From Malacoraja senta (taxonomy: Eukaryota), in assembly GCA_038087875.1 (NCBI GenBank), contig JAXLNO010000046.1, positions 1-64,000 of the forward strand: a stretch of 64,000 bases of DNA, written 5' to 3'. Of this stretch, positions 24,758-38,133 are shown one piece after another. Under the pieces are notes generated by a model that was not told the DNA's origin, did no database searches, and was given only the letters and a program-made list of their open reading frames with translations. A program made the translations under genes and the position numbers. Each line of letters starts with the position of its first letter. The stretch's first letter is position 1.

Positions 24758-27700
24758 AGCTTTGAATCCAAATCAACTGTGGGACATGTTTCAAGATCTG
24801 GGTTATTTTCAAATAAGAACATTTGTCACTTGAATTATCCTAGAACCTAGTAAAGACTGTTTGGTTTTGTTGTCTGCCCACACAAAGAAGCTAAAAGAGG
24901 TTACTTGTTACACAGAGCTGTTTTTCTTCATTTTGTTGAAAAGAGAAAACAAAATATTGTTTGGTACAATAGAGATCTCTTTTTCATAACCTTGAGTGGA
25001 GGAAGTGTATGTGATGCAAATGCAAAGATGGCTGCTTTTGATGGGAGGAGTGGTACTGCCAGGAAATTCCATGGATGTTCTGATCAGCAGATATCTTGGA
25101 TAAATATGTAAACAGGGTTCCAGCTGAAGATATGGCAGCCAATAAGGCAAACCCCAAGGCAATCATGATGCATGCTTTACCTAATTCTAGAACATATTTG
25201 TTTCTGACTTCACTTGAAATTATTTGTTTAAACGTTTTGTCGATTGAAGTATGTTCTTCATGATGACTTGGCTCACAATTAGTCAAAGTCTGTTTTTTAA
25301 AAAACTCTTACAACTACAATTTTCCCCAAGATGATCCATTTCTCAGTCCATACCTAACTTTTTTTTAAAACAAAAACAATTATGTAACCATTTCAGTTTT
25401 ATGTAATTTGTAAAATACAACTTTGTAACCAGTTATTAAAGTTTGACCTTGTGGGAGTTTGTACTTGAATTTAACACTGATGTAGTGAACTTTATTTTAA
25501 ACTGCTTTGTATGGAGAGTAGGGTGGAAGAGAGCAACAATGCAGGGGAGACCCACATATGGGCATTGATCCTCTGAATTTGTTTCGCCTTTTCCAAACCA
25601 CAAACATGCCATTCCATTTGCTCTCTTCCTTCATTCTTAATGTAATAAAATGAAGTTTTGACAACTCCTATACTTTCAGAAGACCTCACAACTGTGGAAC
25701 AACTTATTCATTTGTCTTCCTTTCCTTCTCTAGCCTGGAAGGCCAGTAGGTTAAGTTCTGGATTCATCTAACCTATTCTGTTTATTGATTAACCTCATCT
25801 TCACTTTTTATTGTCACAACTGTGGTGATGTGCATTGTAAAACATCGCTTGCTTTTGTTTATTGATTTAAAGAAAACAAATCAAATCCTGTTGTAAAAGA
25901 CCACCAAGGACAAATGGCCTTTAGCTAATTCAGAAAGTTTTAAAATGCAAACTTTTATATATAAAGAAATAATGTGTGGTGTTTTCTTTGAGTTTGTTTC
26001 TAATCAAAGTTTAATGAATATGATAAAAATCTAACTACCATTAAAATTGGGGCTCCTAGGCTGTAGACTACTGAACAATTCTGTCCATGAATTTAGCTGA
26101 CAAAAGCAGTGTTTAAATGTGTATTAAGGAAGGAAATCCAACCAAATATGGTGGAATTATTAAATAATCACCATCTCTGCCTAAAAGACTAGAACACTGA
26201 ACCTAGATCTAACAATTCCATGTACTAATGTAAGAGTGCTATTGTGTAAGGTAGATAAAAATGCTGGAGAAACTCAGCGGGTGAGGCAGCATCTATGGAG
26301 CGAAGGAATAGGCTATTGTGTAGGTAGTTCTGGCAGTTTATTTCATACAACACTCATAGTATCATGCTACTATTTTGTGGACAATTTCCCTCGTGGCAAA
26401 AGTAAAAACAAAATAATAGCTGGACAAAAGTGACATGTGCAAAGTCGTGCTACAAGTCTGAAGATTTGGCTAGGCAGTGTCAAAAAAACTGAACAGCTGA
26501 AATATTTATTTTCAATAAATAACAATAGAAGAATATCTATCATAATTGTAATTTGCAGCTGTTGCTGTTCCTGCGAGCTTCACCTTCTCTAGGTTCCATG
26601 TGCACCAGTCTGTTCCCCCCATCCACCCATCCACACCATTCAGGCTCCATCGTTCTTCATTTGGCATGTTCAAATGTTACACTCCTATTCTCATTCAGAC
26701 TTCCCTTATTTAAGTGTGATACTGTTTTCCACAGACATATTGATCTGATTACTAAATAGTAGCTTGGGTCCAAACATTTTCCTATTTTAGAAATGTTGCT
26801 ACAGTGATACCAAAATACAGGACAATTTTAGCAGCCACCTTGTCTGCAGCTGATAAACACCTTGTGGTATTTATCTGGATTAGGAATTGCTCATTGATTT
26901 TCAGATATCTGTTTGAGGTAGTTAATTCTGAATCTGAAGTGATCATTTCCAAATGTCTAATCACCTCCAATGTTTCGGGTTTGCAGAAAACTGCTGGTTT
27001 TTTGTGCTTGTAATAATTGCTTGTTCTCCCTTCTCCTGGAAAATTAGCTACTTGGAAAGTAGTTGAAAATGGACATGGATACACAGAAGTCATTTAATGA
27101 GTTGTCATGTGTAAGTGATTTTCGGTTATCTTTATGTTTTTACTTCAGGGTGGTAATTATGAGATTTTAAACTATTATACCTGTCAAACCATGACAGCAC
27201 ACTAAATATTTTTGTGTTTGTTTGTTATCCAGACTTGTGTGCATTCCCCAAGGACATAGACCCCAGGAACAGATCCTTGGGCCAACTTGTCCCTGTCAAC
27301 CTAGATCCCCATCTACTGTAGTCCTGGTTGACCCATATGCCTGTAAACATTTACAATGTAAGCAAATACAACATTTGACAGGTGATTGTCAATAAAATCC
27401 TGAAAATTTTAACTTTTCCAATCACTGTAGATTGCACATCCTGTCTTGCTAATGTTGTGATCATATTCAAGAAACGGGGTTACTCATGAGTGAACCCAAC
27501 AAATGGCTCACTACCCGGTCTAATTGCTGGATGGTGCTAGCTGGGCTGGAGTACCCTTGTGCAAGAGTGGGATCAATGTGTATAACAAGGCTCAGTGCAA
27601 AATAGGCTTGAGTTATGAAACTACATTGTGAAGGTTTAGAATAATTATTTGTCGAAGGAAGTTAAGAATTCAAGCTCAAACTCATCAGTAATTGATCACC

Positions 27701-28371
27701 TTGAAAAACCACTGAAGGCAAACAAACCAAAAAGGAAGCGTTTAGCTGTTCTGCTTGTATATAAATATAAAATAGTTGCTTGCAACATTCTCGTTAACTT
27801 TCCAAAGAGAAACGACTGGTATTTTTGCAAGTGGTTCCAAATCATTGATTCCTATCAGTAGTTGAGATTTAATCAAACCTGAAATGCATATGGGAGTAGA
27901 TGGTTTTCTTCCCATCCTCCAGACCATCCAATCCATCTGAAATAGTCAGATTTCACACTTGCATACTCCACATTTTATTTCCTCATAAGCTATAGGATCT
28001 AACTCAAAGATGATTAAATCTTTGCACTTCATCTGGTGTGCATCAATCTCAGTTCATACTGTTTTCAAACATACATAAAAGGGATGATTAGTACGAAATC
28101 CAATTTGATCTAATTATTTCAATTTGAGCAGATAATGTCCAATTTGAGTTTACTGATGGAAGATTAGTAAATTGTGGTGCTAATAGCTGCAATATATCAC
28201 AAGATTTGTTTGTAAAACTCCAATATATCACCATGAAGTCATAATAGCTTGATTGACAGCAAAAGACTACTAGACTGCACAATATCTTTTGCACCTTCAT
28301 TTAAAAGATGAACATAAAATCATATTGCTATCAAGAGTAAGAGCTTAATAGCAACTTGGCAGATGTACTTA

Positions 28372-28733
28372 CATAGAAAATAGGTGCCGGAGTAGGCCAT
28401 TTGGCCCTTTGAGCCAGCACCGCCATTCAATATGATCATCCAAAATCAGTAGTCTGTTCCTGCCTTCTCCCCATATCCCTTGATTCCGTTAGCCCTAAGA
28501 GCTTTATCTAACTCTCTCTTGAATACATCTAGTGAATTGGCCTCCACTGCCTTCTGTGGCAGAGAATTCCACAGATTCACAACTCTGGGTGAAAATGTTT
28601 TTCCTCATCTCAGTCCTAAATGGCCGACCCCTTATCCTTAAACTGTGACCCTCTGTTCTGGACTCCCCCAACATCAGGGAAAATGTTTCCTGTATCTAGC
28701 CTGTCCAATCCCTTAATAATTTATATGTTTCTA
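28372..28733 (-). mobile_element. CR1 LINE 3' fragment
   Basis: Same 3' end as the other CR1 copies. Confidence 0.85.
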
Positions 28734-29446
28734 AATGAATGTGATTGAGCAATAAGGGGTGAAGAGAGGATTCATAGTAATCCTCCTGCAGGAAGAGATA
28801 TTGAAAATTTAAACTTGTTCAAGAGTACATGTATTTCCAGGAAATTGATTAATTGGTAGTTTTGGCAACTTACAACATAACTGGAGTAACAGAATTGAAG
28901 ACTGAGTAATTTCAAAAGGAAGATGCATTACTCTGCAATCTATTGACATACTAACACCAGATATTGGAAATGAAAGCCAAATAAACTAACTGCACAATGT
29001 TTCCATTGTTCACAATGCAGTGGTGCAGCAGGATCACTGACCATATGCCGGTAGTAAAATGGCCCATTAATTGATCAACTGTCAAGGGAAAAACATACAA
29101 ATGCAAATCTGCTCTTGCACATGCAACATATTAGAATTACTTTGGACATATTTCACAGTAGTCCACAATCTTCCCTTACTTGGCTGTGACTGTACAATCA
29201 ATTGAGCCTCAAGAAATGGCATTATAGCAACTCTAATCAATATATGAAACACGAGCAACACATTTCACTGGTGATTCCACTGCTTGCTTCACCAGTTGGC
29301 AGAAATAGCTCCCTTTTTATTAGAAGCAAGATCATTGGTGTCCAAAAAGGGAAGATGTAGATGCTAGAAATCTGAAAGAACAGATAATACTGCAAATGTA
29401 GCATCTGTGCAGAAAGAAAAGGACCTAATTAGTATTAGTATTAGTC

Positions 29447-29846
29447 CAGACCCTTCTTCAGACTGATGTGGGTCTCGACCCGAAACGTTGCCTATTTCCT
29501 TCGCTCCATAGATGCTGCCTCACCTGCTGAGTTTCTCCAACATTTTTGTCTACCTTCGATTTTCCAGCATCTGCAGTTCTTTCTTAAACATAATACATTA
29601 TTAGAACCACCACTGAAAGGTTGTCAACCCAAGCTATTAATTCTATTACCTCAACGGATGCGTGATCTGAGAATATTTCAATTGAAGATAAGCGCAGAGT
29701 GCTGGAGTAACTCAGCGGGTCAGGCAGCATCTCTGGAGAACATGGATAGGTGACGTTTCAGAGTGCTGGAGTAACTCAGTGGGTCAGGCAGTATCTCTGG
29801 AGAAAAAAGATGGGTGATGTTTTGGGTTGGAACACTTCTTCAGACT
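29447..29846. mobile_element. Cluster of Penelope-type short repeats
   Basis: gacccgaaacgt..gatgctgcc..gctgagtt..tccagca units on both strands. Confidence 0.65.
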
Positions 29847-30780
29847 TGTACTTCAGAAGGTTTCAATTGTCAATTATTTGGGTTATAAATGTAATCCTTT
29901 TTTTAAAGAAACAAACCCCAGTACATAGCTCATGTGCAAAATGAGCTCTTATTTTTTTAAAGGATCCAAATATGTTTGCTTCAGACAAATGCTAATTAAT
30001 TATTCACACTAGGACACACTGATAAGTGGTAAAGACTTTGCATTCTTCTATTGTTCAGACCCCATTTTATTTTTTGTTGTGAGCACAGGATGTTAATGAT
30101 AAATAAAACAATGTGTTCCCACCCCCACTCACAAAAAAAAAGATAAAAGACCAGGAGATGCAGTAGTGTGATGAGGCAATTGTAAAGTTGATTCTGCTCC
30201 CACTCCAGCAACAAGGAGATACTCGAGCTGGGTTTTAGCTTCATTTTAACTTTAGCCAACACTGGTATCAAGGCTCGGTCTTGTGGAATGCTGGCTTACA
30301 TCCTTGTTTCTTGAATTAATCAATGATGATACATCTCCCAAATATGGTAAATTGATTGAATTGGAAAAGGAGCTGATTCAGTATATCAGCATACAATTCT
30401 AACTTAGACTATTAATGGCAAAAATCACAAATAGTGATTTAAAAAAAAACTGGTTTAGGTTTTAAAAGATCTAAATGTTTCAGCCACAATTTAATGGATA
30501 GCACTCTTGACCAACTCTGGTTGGAAGTTTGTTCAAATTTGAGCACAAAAATCTTGACTAAATCGTGTCTGTGGAGAACCGCATATGCCCTCCCCCGCCG
30601 CTGCTCCGGCGCCGAACCTTGGCCCAAACAAAAGCCACTGGAAAAGGCGAGAGGTGCAGCGGAAGGTCAACTGCCCGCCGAGGTCGCTCTGTGACCTGTG
30701 AAGATGCCGAGGGATTCGGGTCCCACTCACTGTGGGGGAGGGCAGGTGTGGTTCTCCACAGACCTGGAGCTCCGACCTCA

Positions 30781-31095
30781 GTCAAGTGAAGTCAATTTTA
30801 TTTCTAGAGCACATTTAAAAACAACTCGTTGACCAAAGTGCTTTACATCAGTGCAGGTACTAACGTGTAACATACGGTGGTACATAGATCTAACAATACA
30901 TACATAAATACATACATACAGCGCTCCCTCAGAGGACCTCAAGAAACGCTTGTGAGTAGAAATAAGTTTTACGTCTAGACTTAAATGAGTCGATGGAGGG
31001 GGCAGTTCTGATGAGAAGAGGGATGCTGTTCCACAGTCTAGGTGCTGCAACTACAAAAGCGCAGTCGCCCCTGAGCTTATACCTGGACCGCGGGA
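30781..31095 (-). mobile_element. L2 LINE 3' fragment
   Basis: RT end GDCAFVVAAPRLWNSIP..SFKSR and L2-type 3' stem-loop tgtaaagcactttggtcaac..aaatgtgctctagaaataaa. Confidence 0.75.
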
Positions 31096-31949
31096 TGGCA
31101 GTCGGTGTAGCGACGGGAATCGCTGAGCAACGGTTCCCGCAAAGGAGCGGCAGTCAGCGGGGTAGATGGCAGGAGAGAGGAGGCAGGGACTGGGGAATGG
31201 GGGAGGGGCTTTGCCCCCCCACGCCGTCTGCAAGTCTGGGGCCACCACCGGACAGGGACAGGCACATCCAGCCGCCCTTCAGCATGGACCAGTGGGGAAG
31301 GGAGAACTAGTGTCTCTAACTCCAGTAGCAATTCAACAGCGGTTGCAGCGTGGGAGACCCGGTTCGATACAATGTTTTTCTCCAGTGACCTATGACCTGG
31401 GCATGCTCAGTCGGAATACCGAACTCGCTTATACGGGTATTGAACATACATAAAACAAGATTGTGCCAAAACATTTTCATTCAACGCGCCACGATATTGG
31501 TTCACTGGTGCACATGTAGATATGCAGGGATTTGGGTACTTGGGAAATGGCAAGTGGGTGTCTGTGAGAATGGGCTGATGACCTCACTTTGCAAGCACTA
31601 AGTCCGGAACTTTACAGAAGTTTCAGGAAGCTTCTGCACCTGTGACCCACTGGTTGCCACAAAGTCTGGGCTTTTGCAGGAGCTCCAGAACTCCGACGCT
31701 TAATGCATGATTGGTCCAGAAGGGTGGCCTGCACCTACAAGTTTCTTATTGCCCTAAAGATGTTTCTACTTTGTTTCTGTGTCTCCCCACCGTCACCCGT
31801 GATTGGTATGTTTCCCTATGTACTAAGATGTTTCTACTTTGTTGCTATGTATGAAGATGTTTGCAGGTACTGTTATATGATTGGGCGAAGGAGTTGTGAC
31901 TCCATGTATCTTCTCTCCGGTGTTGGTGATTGGGTTTGCAGGGGTTGCC

Positions 31950-32211
31950 CTCCCCCTGTATCGTCACCAGGCAGAAAAATCACTGAAAGAGGAGACCTTT
32001 GCTTGTTCCTTACGAAAATCGAACCAGATATCCAACATTTTGTTTCTTAGCATCAGCCTCAAGGATCGCATTATATTAAAGGTAATTTCAATTAATTTTA
32101 TTGTTTTATGCTGGGTATGTAATTTTTTTTTCAATTTAAATATTAGTGGGAGTACGAAAACTTTACCCTCACAAAAGTGGGCGCTAAGGTATTAAAAGGC
32201 TGAAGAGCACT
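31950..32211 (+). mobile_element. hAT-Charlie-like transposon 3' remnant
   Basis: Transposase C-terminal-like DLCLFLTKIEPDIQHFVS*HQPQGSH followed by the end ..aaaggctgaagagcactg. Confidence 0.55.
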
Positions 32212-33798
32212 GCATTGGAGGAACTGTTAAATTAGATGCACATGAAACTCCATGGCTCCATTTAGAAACAGCATCCAGGTTGCCTTTTGCTTCAACGAGA
32301 AGGAACAATCTTATGGAAATATAAAATATTCCAGTAGTCTCTCATCTGACATTTAACGGTTAAAACAAATCTGATGAACCTTTCTCATTACAATGCCACA
32401 CCTTATTACAAGACCATAACCTTTATTAAACCCAGAACAAATATCATGAAAGAACAGTCGAGTGGATTTATCCACAAATATTAAATCCTAGTGACTTGAA
32501 AATTTAGTTGTGACTTCTAACAATAATGCCATGTCCTAATTGACAAATTATTGCTTGCAAGAACCAAAAATTCCCTCTTGCATATTGAAATTGCAATTCT
32601 TAACTTTAAATACAACATACTCAATAACTTACTAAAGTGATACGTGGACCCCACATTCAGCTTTCTACGATGATTGACCAACCTGCTGACCCCATGCTAC
32701 ATAAGTTCTATGAGTAGAATTAGGCCATTCGGCCCATCGTCTACCCCTCCATTCAATCATTGCTGATCTATCTTTCCCTCTCCACTGCATTGTCCTGCCT
32801 TCCCATAACCCCTGACACCCTTCATAATCAAGAATCAGTTAATCTCCACCAATCTTCTAAAGATTACCAAAAATCCTACTCTGGCTCCTCGTTTGCTGTG
32901 GTCTTAGGCAATTTGTCTAGGAGAGATTTATTTCAATGTATAATTTTCAGGGCACAGAATTTTAATGTACTTTTGATCATTAAAAGCTCACAATTAAACA
33001 CCAAATGACTCAACTTGCTCATCAACTAAAATTGGAACTCATTGCAAAGTATTTTGGCTTGCAAAAGATTAGCACATTTTCAAAGGCCAAAAATCTACAA
33101 GGTCTATGCAATTACCTATGTGTAAAGCAGGTCACATGCCACTTCATGCAATTGAGTTTGGATATTATATAAGGCAAATCTTGCAGGATTGTATTGCGCT
33201 TCAGTGGCAAGGTATAAGTGGAGTTGAATTCACTACTAGTTATTTACATGAAATCGTTTATTCTGGTTACAAAAAATCAATTTCACAATGTTTTCAGCCA
33301 AGGTAGGTCAGCTAAGAGCACTGGTCTAGAATCAATCACATGAATAGTTCACTGCATTAACATCTAGAGTGCAAGATTCAAACCAGTGACCTATTATTAC
33401 ATAGGAGCAGTCAGAATGTCTGCCAGAAGTTTTGTTTAAATGAATGCTCGATGTTGAATAAAACTTCACTATTGATGTTCATCAATTTTAGATTGTACAA
33501 TTCCAATTGGCTCCTGATCTTCAGTGGGTTTTGGGATGGAGTATCCCACCAACCAATCAAGGTGAGTATTGTGAAGCACATAGTCCATCACTCCATGCAT
33601 GCCCCATGGATCTTCACTAGTTGCTCTTTACTCTGTACGGATAGATCCGAGTAGAGGTGGCTGAGGACAGGGTACTGGATATCTCCCCGATGACCATTTA
33701 CTCCCATGACCAATTACCATTTGCTCTTCAATGTGCCGAGGCAACCCATGGACATTTGAAGCAAGGTTTGACAATTGCTGAGAAAGATTACGAGTCAC

Positions 33799-36028
33799 CT
33801 TTGATGGTATCAAAGGTAACTTTGAGGGTATGAGACGTGAATTGGCCAAGATTGACTGGTAATTAATTCTAAAAGGGTTGACGGTGGATATGCAATGGAA
33901 GATATTTAAAGACTGCATGGATGAACTACAAAAATTGTTCATCCCAGTTTGGCAAAAGAATAAATCAGGGAAGGTAGTGCATCCGTGGATAACAAGGGAA
34001 ATCAGGGATGGTATCAAAGCGAAGGATGATGCGTACAAATTAGCCAGAAAAAGCAGCATGCCGGAGGACTGGGAGAAATTCAGAGACCAGCAGAGGAGGA
34101 CAAAGGGCTTAATTAGGAAAGGAAAAATAGATTATGAAAGAAAACTGGCAGGGAACATAAAAACTGACTGCAAAAGTTTTTATAGATATGTGAAAAGAAA
34201 GAGATTAGTTAAAACAAATGTAGGTCCCTTGCAGTCAGAAACAGGTGAGTTGATCATGGGGAACAAGGATATGGCGGACCAATTGAATAACTACTTTGGT
34301 TCCGTCTTCACTAAGGAAGACATAAATAATCTGCCGGAAATAGCAGGGGACCGCGGGTCAAAGGAGTTGGAGGAATTGAGTGAAATCCAGGTTAGTCGGG
34401 AAGTGGTGTTGGGTAAATTGAATGGATTAAAGGCCGATAAATCTCCAGGGCCAGATAGGCTGCATCCCAGAGTACTTAACGAAGTAGCTCCAGAAATAGT
34501 GGATGCTTTAGTAATAATCTTTCAAAACTCTTTAGATTCTGGAGTAGTTCCTGAGGATTGGCGGGTAGCAAACGTAACCCCACTTTTTAAGAAGGGAGGG
34601 AGAGAGAAAATGGGGAATTACAGACCAGTTAGTCTAACATCGGTAGTGGGGAAACTGCTAGAGTCAGTTATTAAAGATGGGATAGCAGCACATTTGGAAA
34701 GTGGTGAAATCATTGGACAAAGTCAGCATGGATTTACGAAAGGTAAATCATGTCTGACGAATCTTATAGAATTTTTCGAGGATGTAACTAGTAGCGTGGA
34801 TAGGGGAGAACCAGTGGGTGTGGTGTATCTGGACTTCCAGAAGGCTTTCGACAAGGTCCCACATAAGAGATTAGTATACAAACTTAAAGCACATGGCATT
34901 GGGGGTTCAGTATTGATGTGGATAGAGAACTGGCTGGCAAACAGGAAGCAAAGAGTAGGAGTAAACGGGTCCTTTTCAGAATGGCAGGCAGTGACCAGTG
35001 GGGTACCGCAAGGCTCAGTGCTGGGACCCCAGCTATTTACAATATATATTAATGACCTGGATGAGGGAATTGAATGCAATATCTCCAAGTTTGCGGATGA
35101 CACTAAGCTGGGGGGCAGTGTTAGCTGTGAGGAGGATGCTAGGAGACTGCAAGGTGACTTGGATAGGCTGGGTGAGTGGGCAAATGTTTGGCAGATGCAG
35201 TATAATGTGGATAAATGTGAGGTTATCCATTTTGGTGGCAAAAACAGGAAAGCAGACTATTATCTAAATGGTGGCCGACTAGGAAAAGGGGAGATGCAGC
35301 GAGACCTGGGTGTCATGGTACACCAGTCATTGAAAGTAGGCATGCAGGTGCAGCAGGCAGTGAAGAAAGCGAATGGTATGTTAGCTTTCATAGCAAAAGG
35401 ATTTGAGTATAGGAGCAGGGAGGTTCTACTGCAGTTGTACAGGGTCTTGGTGAGACCACACCTGGAGTATTGCATACAGTTTTGGTCTCCAAATCTGAGG
35501 AAGGACATTATTGCCATAGAGGGAGTGCAGAGAAGGTTCACCAGACTGATTCCTGTGATGTCAGGACTGTCTTATGAAGAAAGACTGGATAGACTTGGTT
35601 TATACTCTCTAGAATTTAGGAGATTGAGAGGGGATCTTATAGAAACTTACAAAATTCTTAAGGGGTTGGACAGGCTAGATGCAGGAAGATTGCTCCCGAT
35701 GTTGGGGAAGTCCAGGACAAGGGGTCACAGCTTAAGGATAAGGGGGAAATCCTTTAAAACCGAGATGAGAAGAACTTTTTTCACACAGAGAGTGGTGAAT
35801 CTCTGGAACTCTCTGCCACAGAGGGTAGTCGAGGCCAGTTCATTGGCTATATTTAAGAGGGAGTTAGATGTGGCGCTTGTGGCTAAAGGGATCAGAGGGT
35901 ATGGAGAGAAGGCAGGTACGGGATACTGAGTTGGATGATCAGCCATGATCATATTGAATGGCGGTGCTGGCTCGAAGAGCCGAATGGCCTACTCCTGCAC
36001 CTAATTTCTATGTTTCTATGTTTCTATG
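33799..36028 (+). mobile_element. CR1 LINE, 5'-truncated, with uninterrupted 683-aa RT ORF (33878-35929)
   Basis: Complete RT domain, no endonuclease; (ttctatgt)n tail; TSD GTCAC at 33794-33798 and 36028-36032. Confidence 0.95.
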
Positions 36029-37485
36029 TCACAGCCAGTGATTGAGATTCAAGCTGCAATTCCAATGTTGTTGAAGTGTCAATTCTTGGTTTCCCAGCCA
36101 CTGGAGGAAATCAGAATTAAGTGGATCTGAAATGCCACTGGGGAAATTGCTTGACCATCTAGAATGATTGGAAAATTCAAAGCTGTTCAAGTATAATAAC
36201 TGCTGATGGCTTTTGTAAAATATTACAGTGAGGGAATGTCAAGAAATATTATCAGGATATTTAGTTAAGGGTCCAATTTAATGGTTTGAGTAGCAATACA
36301 ATTTCTGGAGTCCAAGAGCGGTACTAACATCCCCAATGACTGGTCCTCATGCACCAGAATGTACAATGACTTAGTTAAAATACATTGGCATGTGCATTGC
36401 CAAATGCGAAGACCTCTGGTTCAGCAAGGGTACAATAATAAAAAACTTAGTGAACTAGGGACATGTTGAACCATTCAAGACCCAGCTATCAGTAATAAAG
36501 AACTTGCACGTTTGTGAGGGTGGAGACTTTGCTTGCCTCTATATTAGCAATTCCTTAGCAAACCATACCTCTGGTTTCCCAGAAATCTCTTGCATTTTTT
36601 CATTAGGCTGCATCTTCCTCTGGTCACCAAATATCTCACCGAGCCGTTTGGATATCTTGTAGTTCGACAAATGCTGAATCTGCTCCTTTCTTTGCAATTT
36701 CAATCTCGCGAGATCAATGCGAGATTAATATGCAAAAGCCAACATTGGACAAAAGCAACTTTGGATCTGGGTACGCTAATTAAATGGTCATTGCTTGCGA
36801 ATTTAAAACAGGATTCAGTAGAAAAACAGGAAACCAAGTTAAAATTGAGGCTGCCATCCAGTACATAATTTGCTCAAGTTTTCAGAAGAATCAAATTATT
36901 TTAGAACTGAAGGTTACTAGCAGATGATGACCAACAGAATGCATTTCTTACCAGATCCACAAGCTTGCAGGGATGAGAGTTTGCTGACCATTCAAATTGG
37001 CTTGCTTTATTTTAGCTGTGGAATACCAGGCCTTTTGTGAGCCTTTCAGATCAAAGATCCTCAGTGTACATAATAACTCTGCTCTGGTCTGTTACACGGT
37101 CGGCACCTTCAATGGGGGCAACCACTTGATTGGGAAGAAACAAATCAAAATCACTCCAATTCAGCAAGAACTCTTGCAGTCAAGGTTTGCATTGATCGAT
37201 TGTGTTTTTAAAGAACATTGCATGCACGTTTAAGGATTCATTCATAGCAGAAGATCACTGCATCATGTTCGATGTTCAATGGTGTATACATTCAGATAAT
37301 AGCTAGCCAACAAAAGTCAGATTTGAAGTTATCTTAGGCATGGGGGATGATTAAGGAAGTCCTCAGATTTCAGGAGTGCAGTGTCCATTCCAGCAGCCAC
37401 TTCACTGTACTGTAGTTGTTGTCATGGCTACAACTCCCATTACAGAGTCCTTTACACCCTGGAAACTTGATGTCACCAGTTCCTT

Positions 37486-37901
37486 CATTCATTCATTCAT
37501 CATCGTTGAAAACATTAGCGACGCAGTGGTGCTGGTTTTCGACGGGAACGGTGACTGACGCACCACACATCTCTGTCCTCCAGTTCCTGCGGACATCCGC
37601 CGCTGGAAGTAAAGAATTTTGGTGTGTGTCCTTTATCATCATTCCTTACAAGCTATATACGACAGTGATCACAACTGCTACTGAAGTGTGGATGGCCGTT
37701 GGCTCGCTAGAAGCTCATCCACCCTTTGACAGGTCTTGTTTTTGGTCCTGCTGGTGAGGAGGGGGCTTTGGTCACAGCCCCCTCCTCACCTGGCAAACCA
37801 GGTGGGGGAAACGGTTTAGTCGCCGACTATCCAACCATGGAGCAGGTAGCACGGGATTACATGGTACCAGTGGTGGGGGGAACTCCCCCCCCCCCCTCCC
37901 A
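37486..37901 (-). mobile_element. Short non-autonomous retroposon, probably RTE-clade derived
   Basis: 11-bp TSD ACCAGTTCCTT (37475-37485, 37902-37912), (TGAA)n 3' tail, RTE-like C-terminal motif ELEDRDVW, internal 15-bp perfect hairpin. Confidence 0.7.
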
Positions 37902-38009
37902 ACCAGTTCCTTGGTTTCAGTAAGGACCTGGAATATTGGATAGGTCAAATATTAATTTATGTTTAATCCTAATAAATGGTGCTTATAATTCAATGCACAA
38001 CAATGCTTA

Positions 38010-38133
38010 GATCCCAAATGTGCTGTAATGGCCCCTTTCATTGTAGCTTTCAATCACATGGCACTTTAAAGGATCCCATATGTGCTGTAACGGCCCCTTT
38101 CATTGTAGCTTTCAATCCCATGGCACTTTAAAG
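38010..38133. repeat. 62-bp tandem duplication (2 copies)
   Basis: gatcccaaatgtgctgtaa..ggcactttaaag twice, 3 mismatches. Confidence 0.9.

Noticed and set aside
26500-30500. Short ORFs in the intergenic region after HDGFL2
   Set aside because: No recognisable protein motifs or consistent exon chain; AT-rich non-coding sequence.
33878-35929. Longest ORF (683 aa) as a host gene
   Set aside because: It is the RT part of CR1 ORF2, with a LINE tail and TSD, and is nearly identical to other copies in the window.
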